Assembly: GCF_011386835.1 (NCBI RefSeq)
Contig: NC_088792.1
Location: 4,216,001-4,280,000, forward strand
Length of the DNA: 64,000 bases
Direction: 5' to 3'
Source: Chrysemys picta bellii
Taxonomy: Eukaryota
Under the pieces are notes generated by a model, which ran no database searches, had not been told where the DNA came from, and was given only the letters and a program-made list of their open reading frames with translations. Positions 60,750 to 64,000 of this stretch are shown here, piece after piece (position 1 is the stretch's first letter; every line of letters starts with the position of its first letter). The position numbers were made by a program, and so were the translations under genes.

Positions 60750-63046
60750 TACCACAGAAAAGTACAGCATGTCCAGCCTTGGTATGTGTCATCCCTCTTT
60801 CCCCCCTCCCCCCCTCTTCCCCACTGGGACCAGTGCCTTTCTAATATGCCTCTTTACCTGAAAGTATCATGTCTCGGAATGAGAATGTAGTGTAATCTCC
60901 ATGCCTTTTACAGCTTTGAGCTTTTTAATGAGATGGCCTACCAGGGAGCCAAGTAGTGCTATTTGAGAAATGCTGCTATTCCAGTGGTATCAGTGCTCTT
61001 GGGTATGTGATTAGAAAACAATCCCAGCAGCTGAAGCAAGGAATGGCAGTAAGGTTCTGTGAACAAATTCCTAGTTTTGAGTCTGGTGCCTAGGTAGTAA
61101 TACCTGATACGAGTCCAATTTAAAAAAGCTTATTTGGATCAGTGAAATCAGAGCTATAACTTTCCCAAGTTATGACATACTGTGTCTAAACTAACTCCCC
61201 CTTCACAACTCCCAGTGACCTATGGTAAGTAACAAATGCTCTGAAGCCTTGTTTTTAAAAAATGACAACTTCCCCTTCCTACTCTAGATACCTTTCATAT
61301 ACAATTGCAGTTGAACCTCCCACCAGTAACTTTCTCATGTCAGTGTTCTTGTTTTTTAAATAAGGGAGGCTCATTTATAAAGGGTTGAATGCTTCTAAAG
61401 TAATGTATAGACTGTCAAGTTATGAAATTAAGCAGATGTTTGAGATCTGGTTTTTAAAGCAAAATAACACTTATGTGAGAACTTAAAGAATCTTAGCATG
61501 GTAATAAGTGTCTTGGGTAAGTCTGAGTATTATCTTTGTCTCTTTCTAGAAACGTGTGTGCAGCTTTGAGCATTCTGCTGTATGGAAATGATATGAACAA
61601 ATAGGCATGTTCCTTTAGGGTCTCTGATACAAATATCATTGAAGGAAAATCTTACAGATGCAAGAAAAATGTGTGCATAGATATATATCATAAATATTAC
61701 ATGTCCCCTTTTAAGAGTTCTTTGCGGTAACCTAGATAGTGCTTGTATCAGAACTATTATGCCACAGTGGTAAAGAATCAGAACCTTTCTTTTAATATTA
61801 AAGGAGTAACTTTATTAGAATATTGCAAACAATATCCTCTAAAGCTTCTCTGTTTGCTTCAGTATAGAGCTCCATGCTACAGATGTAAAGAAACAGCAGT
61901 TAATATCCTTGTAATATGTTTGCACCACTTCTGTCCTGAACAAGGACAGAGGGTATAATTGTTTTCCCCTGCCTGTCTGGCTCTGGCATCTCCACACTAG
62001 TACCTTTTTTTCAATAGTGCTTTCATTTTTGTTTCACAAGCCTAAACATTCTAAATCTCTCAAATATTCTACCAGTCAGGGAATAAAGTAGCACTTGTGG
62101 AAATGGATACATTTGTGTTGGAGTCTTTTTCATTAGTCTGGAAAATCAGAACCCCTCAAAAGCTGAGACTCCTGTTACTGAGTAAAGGGAACAAGAGGTC
62201 ACCTATTCTACTTTATTTTGCAAGTGAACACAATGCAAGGATGATTTGAAATATCAATTATCATATGTCTTAAATTGTAAGATCCGTGCCTTGGGGAAGC
62301 TTGTCTTATGTTTGTAAAATAACATACCTACACAGGATGTTAAATACTTATGTGATGTGGGACTTTATTATTTGGCTTTCCGGTTTAATGGCACTACCCT
62401 TCTACAAGGTAAAGAGAACTCTCTGCCTTTCTAGCATGGTGTCAGGTCGGTCAACAGATATCAAAACCAAATGGCCTGGATTCTGTTGCCTATGTGTTAC
62501 TAGGGCACTTGCCAGTGGGGGTATATTGCTTTCTTCAAATATATATGAGATGTTGGGCGTAGATTAAACAAATTATCTAAACTCTTGCAAGAAGGGAGAA
62601 GTTGGAACTAAAAAGGATGTAGGGTTTTTAGAAAAACAGCACTCTTTTGTAGTGAATGCTACTCTTGTCTCCTAAATGCTACTCTTGTCTCCTTGACTCC
62701 TGAAGGACAGTAAGTATTGGAACTCGTACAGCTACAGGGAATGTATTGAAAGCGACTGTGATGACTACAAGTAAAAGGAGGAACTCTTTTGTTTCAATAA
62801 AAAAACGGTTGTCATGGCCATGCCTTTTTAAATGGTACCTTCCTAGCAATCATTCTGCTTTGACTTTTTGCTGCTTTAAGGGTTGATTCAAAGATGCAAT
62901 GCATCCTGATTTGGATTGTTCAACAGAAAATAGAAAGTTTATTATGAATTTAGTACATATGTCAGGAAGATAACAAAAAGTTCTCTTTTCTGGCAAGGCT
63001 TCGCAAGAGTTGGAAAGAAGGGATGGTGATCCAAGGGAAAGTGTAC

Positions 63047-63733
63047 TGTGATGGTGGGCTCTATTCACCACTAGTGGAGCCACTTCTTGACCGCTCTGGG
63101 GATTAGCACCTTCCAGGTGCTGCACTTTCCTCTGGTGGTCTCTTCGTCACTCTCTCCTCCTCTCTCGTTCCAGGGACTGCAGCCTTCCGTTCGTCACTCG
63201 GCCCTCTGGCCAGATCACTACGTGATTTCCATTTCCAGGGGGTTAAGTAAAAGTCTCTTGTCAGCAGCCTCAGGCAGTCTTCCCATTCATTGCCCCAGGT
63301 GCCATTCCCTCAGTGGCTGGTAGAGGAACCCAGGCCCGCCTTCTACTCCGGTTCCAGCTCAGGGACCCTCTTGTCAGGAGCCAAGATCTATTCCTTCCTG
63401 AACCTTGCTCCCTCTTCCTTACCCTTTGGCTCTGCCCACTCCTCTGGTTTTGCCAATCTGAACTCCCTCCTCCCAGGGAATAACCGTAGGCTACCTGCCT
63501 TTGTAATCCCAACCAAACCTCCCTTCTTCTAGGGAGTGACTGCAGACTTCTTCCCTGTAGCCCCCTTGTTGCCAGCTTCCTCGATTTATAAACCTGGCCC
63601 AGCTCCTCTCCCAGCTGGACTCCATCAGCCAATTAGGCTTTAGTGCTCCCTGGCTTTCCTCCAGGTGCTGCCTATAGGTTAATTGGTCTGATTTACCCCT
63701 TCAGGCCTTGTGTGGGGTGGACACCCCATCACA
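63047..63733. mobile_element. Solo LTR (Gypsy/ERV-type)
   Basis: Terminal inverted tgtgatgg...ccatcaca; exact 5-bp TSD tgtac (63042-63046, 63734-63738). Confidence 0.88.
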
Positions 63734-64000
63734 TGTACATACCAGTGGTTTTAAGTTTCTTAATCATCAACTGACAGCAGGATGAGTTGACATATCTGTT
63801 ACAATACTTGGAATTTTCTGAGCAAGTGGATGTTGCTCAAAATATTCAAGATTCTAGGTTTCCAAAGCTCCCATGAATTTAGCTTAAAATTTCTGCATTT
63901 AAAATGGAACTGATGTGACAAAGTCGTGATTAGAAGTAAATCCTTATATTTTTCTATATTTCCTAACGAGAAATAGGTAGGAGTCCCTTTTCTGTTGGTC

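Noticed and set aside
62655-62693. Tandem duplication of aatgctactcttgtctcct
   Set aside because: Simple 20-bp-period slippage duplication with no inserted sequence.
63270-63632. 120-aa and 80-aa ORFs near the window end
   Set aside because: Lie within a solo LTR; non-coding.

Overview
Vertebrate genomic DNA, not microbial. The repeat landscape (CR1, MIR, L2, hAT, PIF/Harbinger, DIRS, Penelope-derived elements) suggests a reptile, most likely a turtle; this is an inference. The only host gene I can support is the 5' part of MAP4 on the + strand: the ATG exon (39286-39542), a 66-nt exon (49790-49855) and an alternative terminal exon (from 53480) that would end translation after two codons, giving a ~103-aa isoform without the microtubule-binding region. 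The rest is intronic or upstream and packed with nested transposons. These include a decayed DIRS tyrosine-recombinase retrotransposon with intact ITR/ICR architecture, a two-gene PIF/Harbinger element, CR1 LINEs, LTRs and many MITEs with readable target-site duplications (TSDs). The most notable signals are three short TSD-flanked insertions carrying minimal hammerhead-ribozyme motifs (one a near-perfect palindrome), the MAP4 short-isoform exon with a distant branch point and Rbfox motifs, a TG...CA LTR-like insertion carrying ~1.1 kb of unrelated DNA between duplicated segments, and a repeat with an internal tRNA-like promoter. Most listed ORFs are spurious. Coordinates were counted by eye and no searches were run, so family names come from motif recognition.
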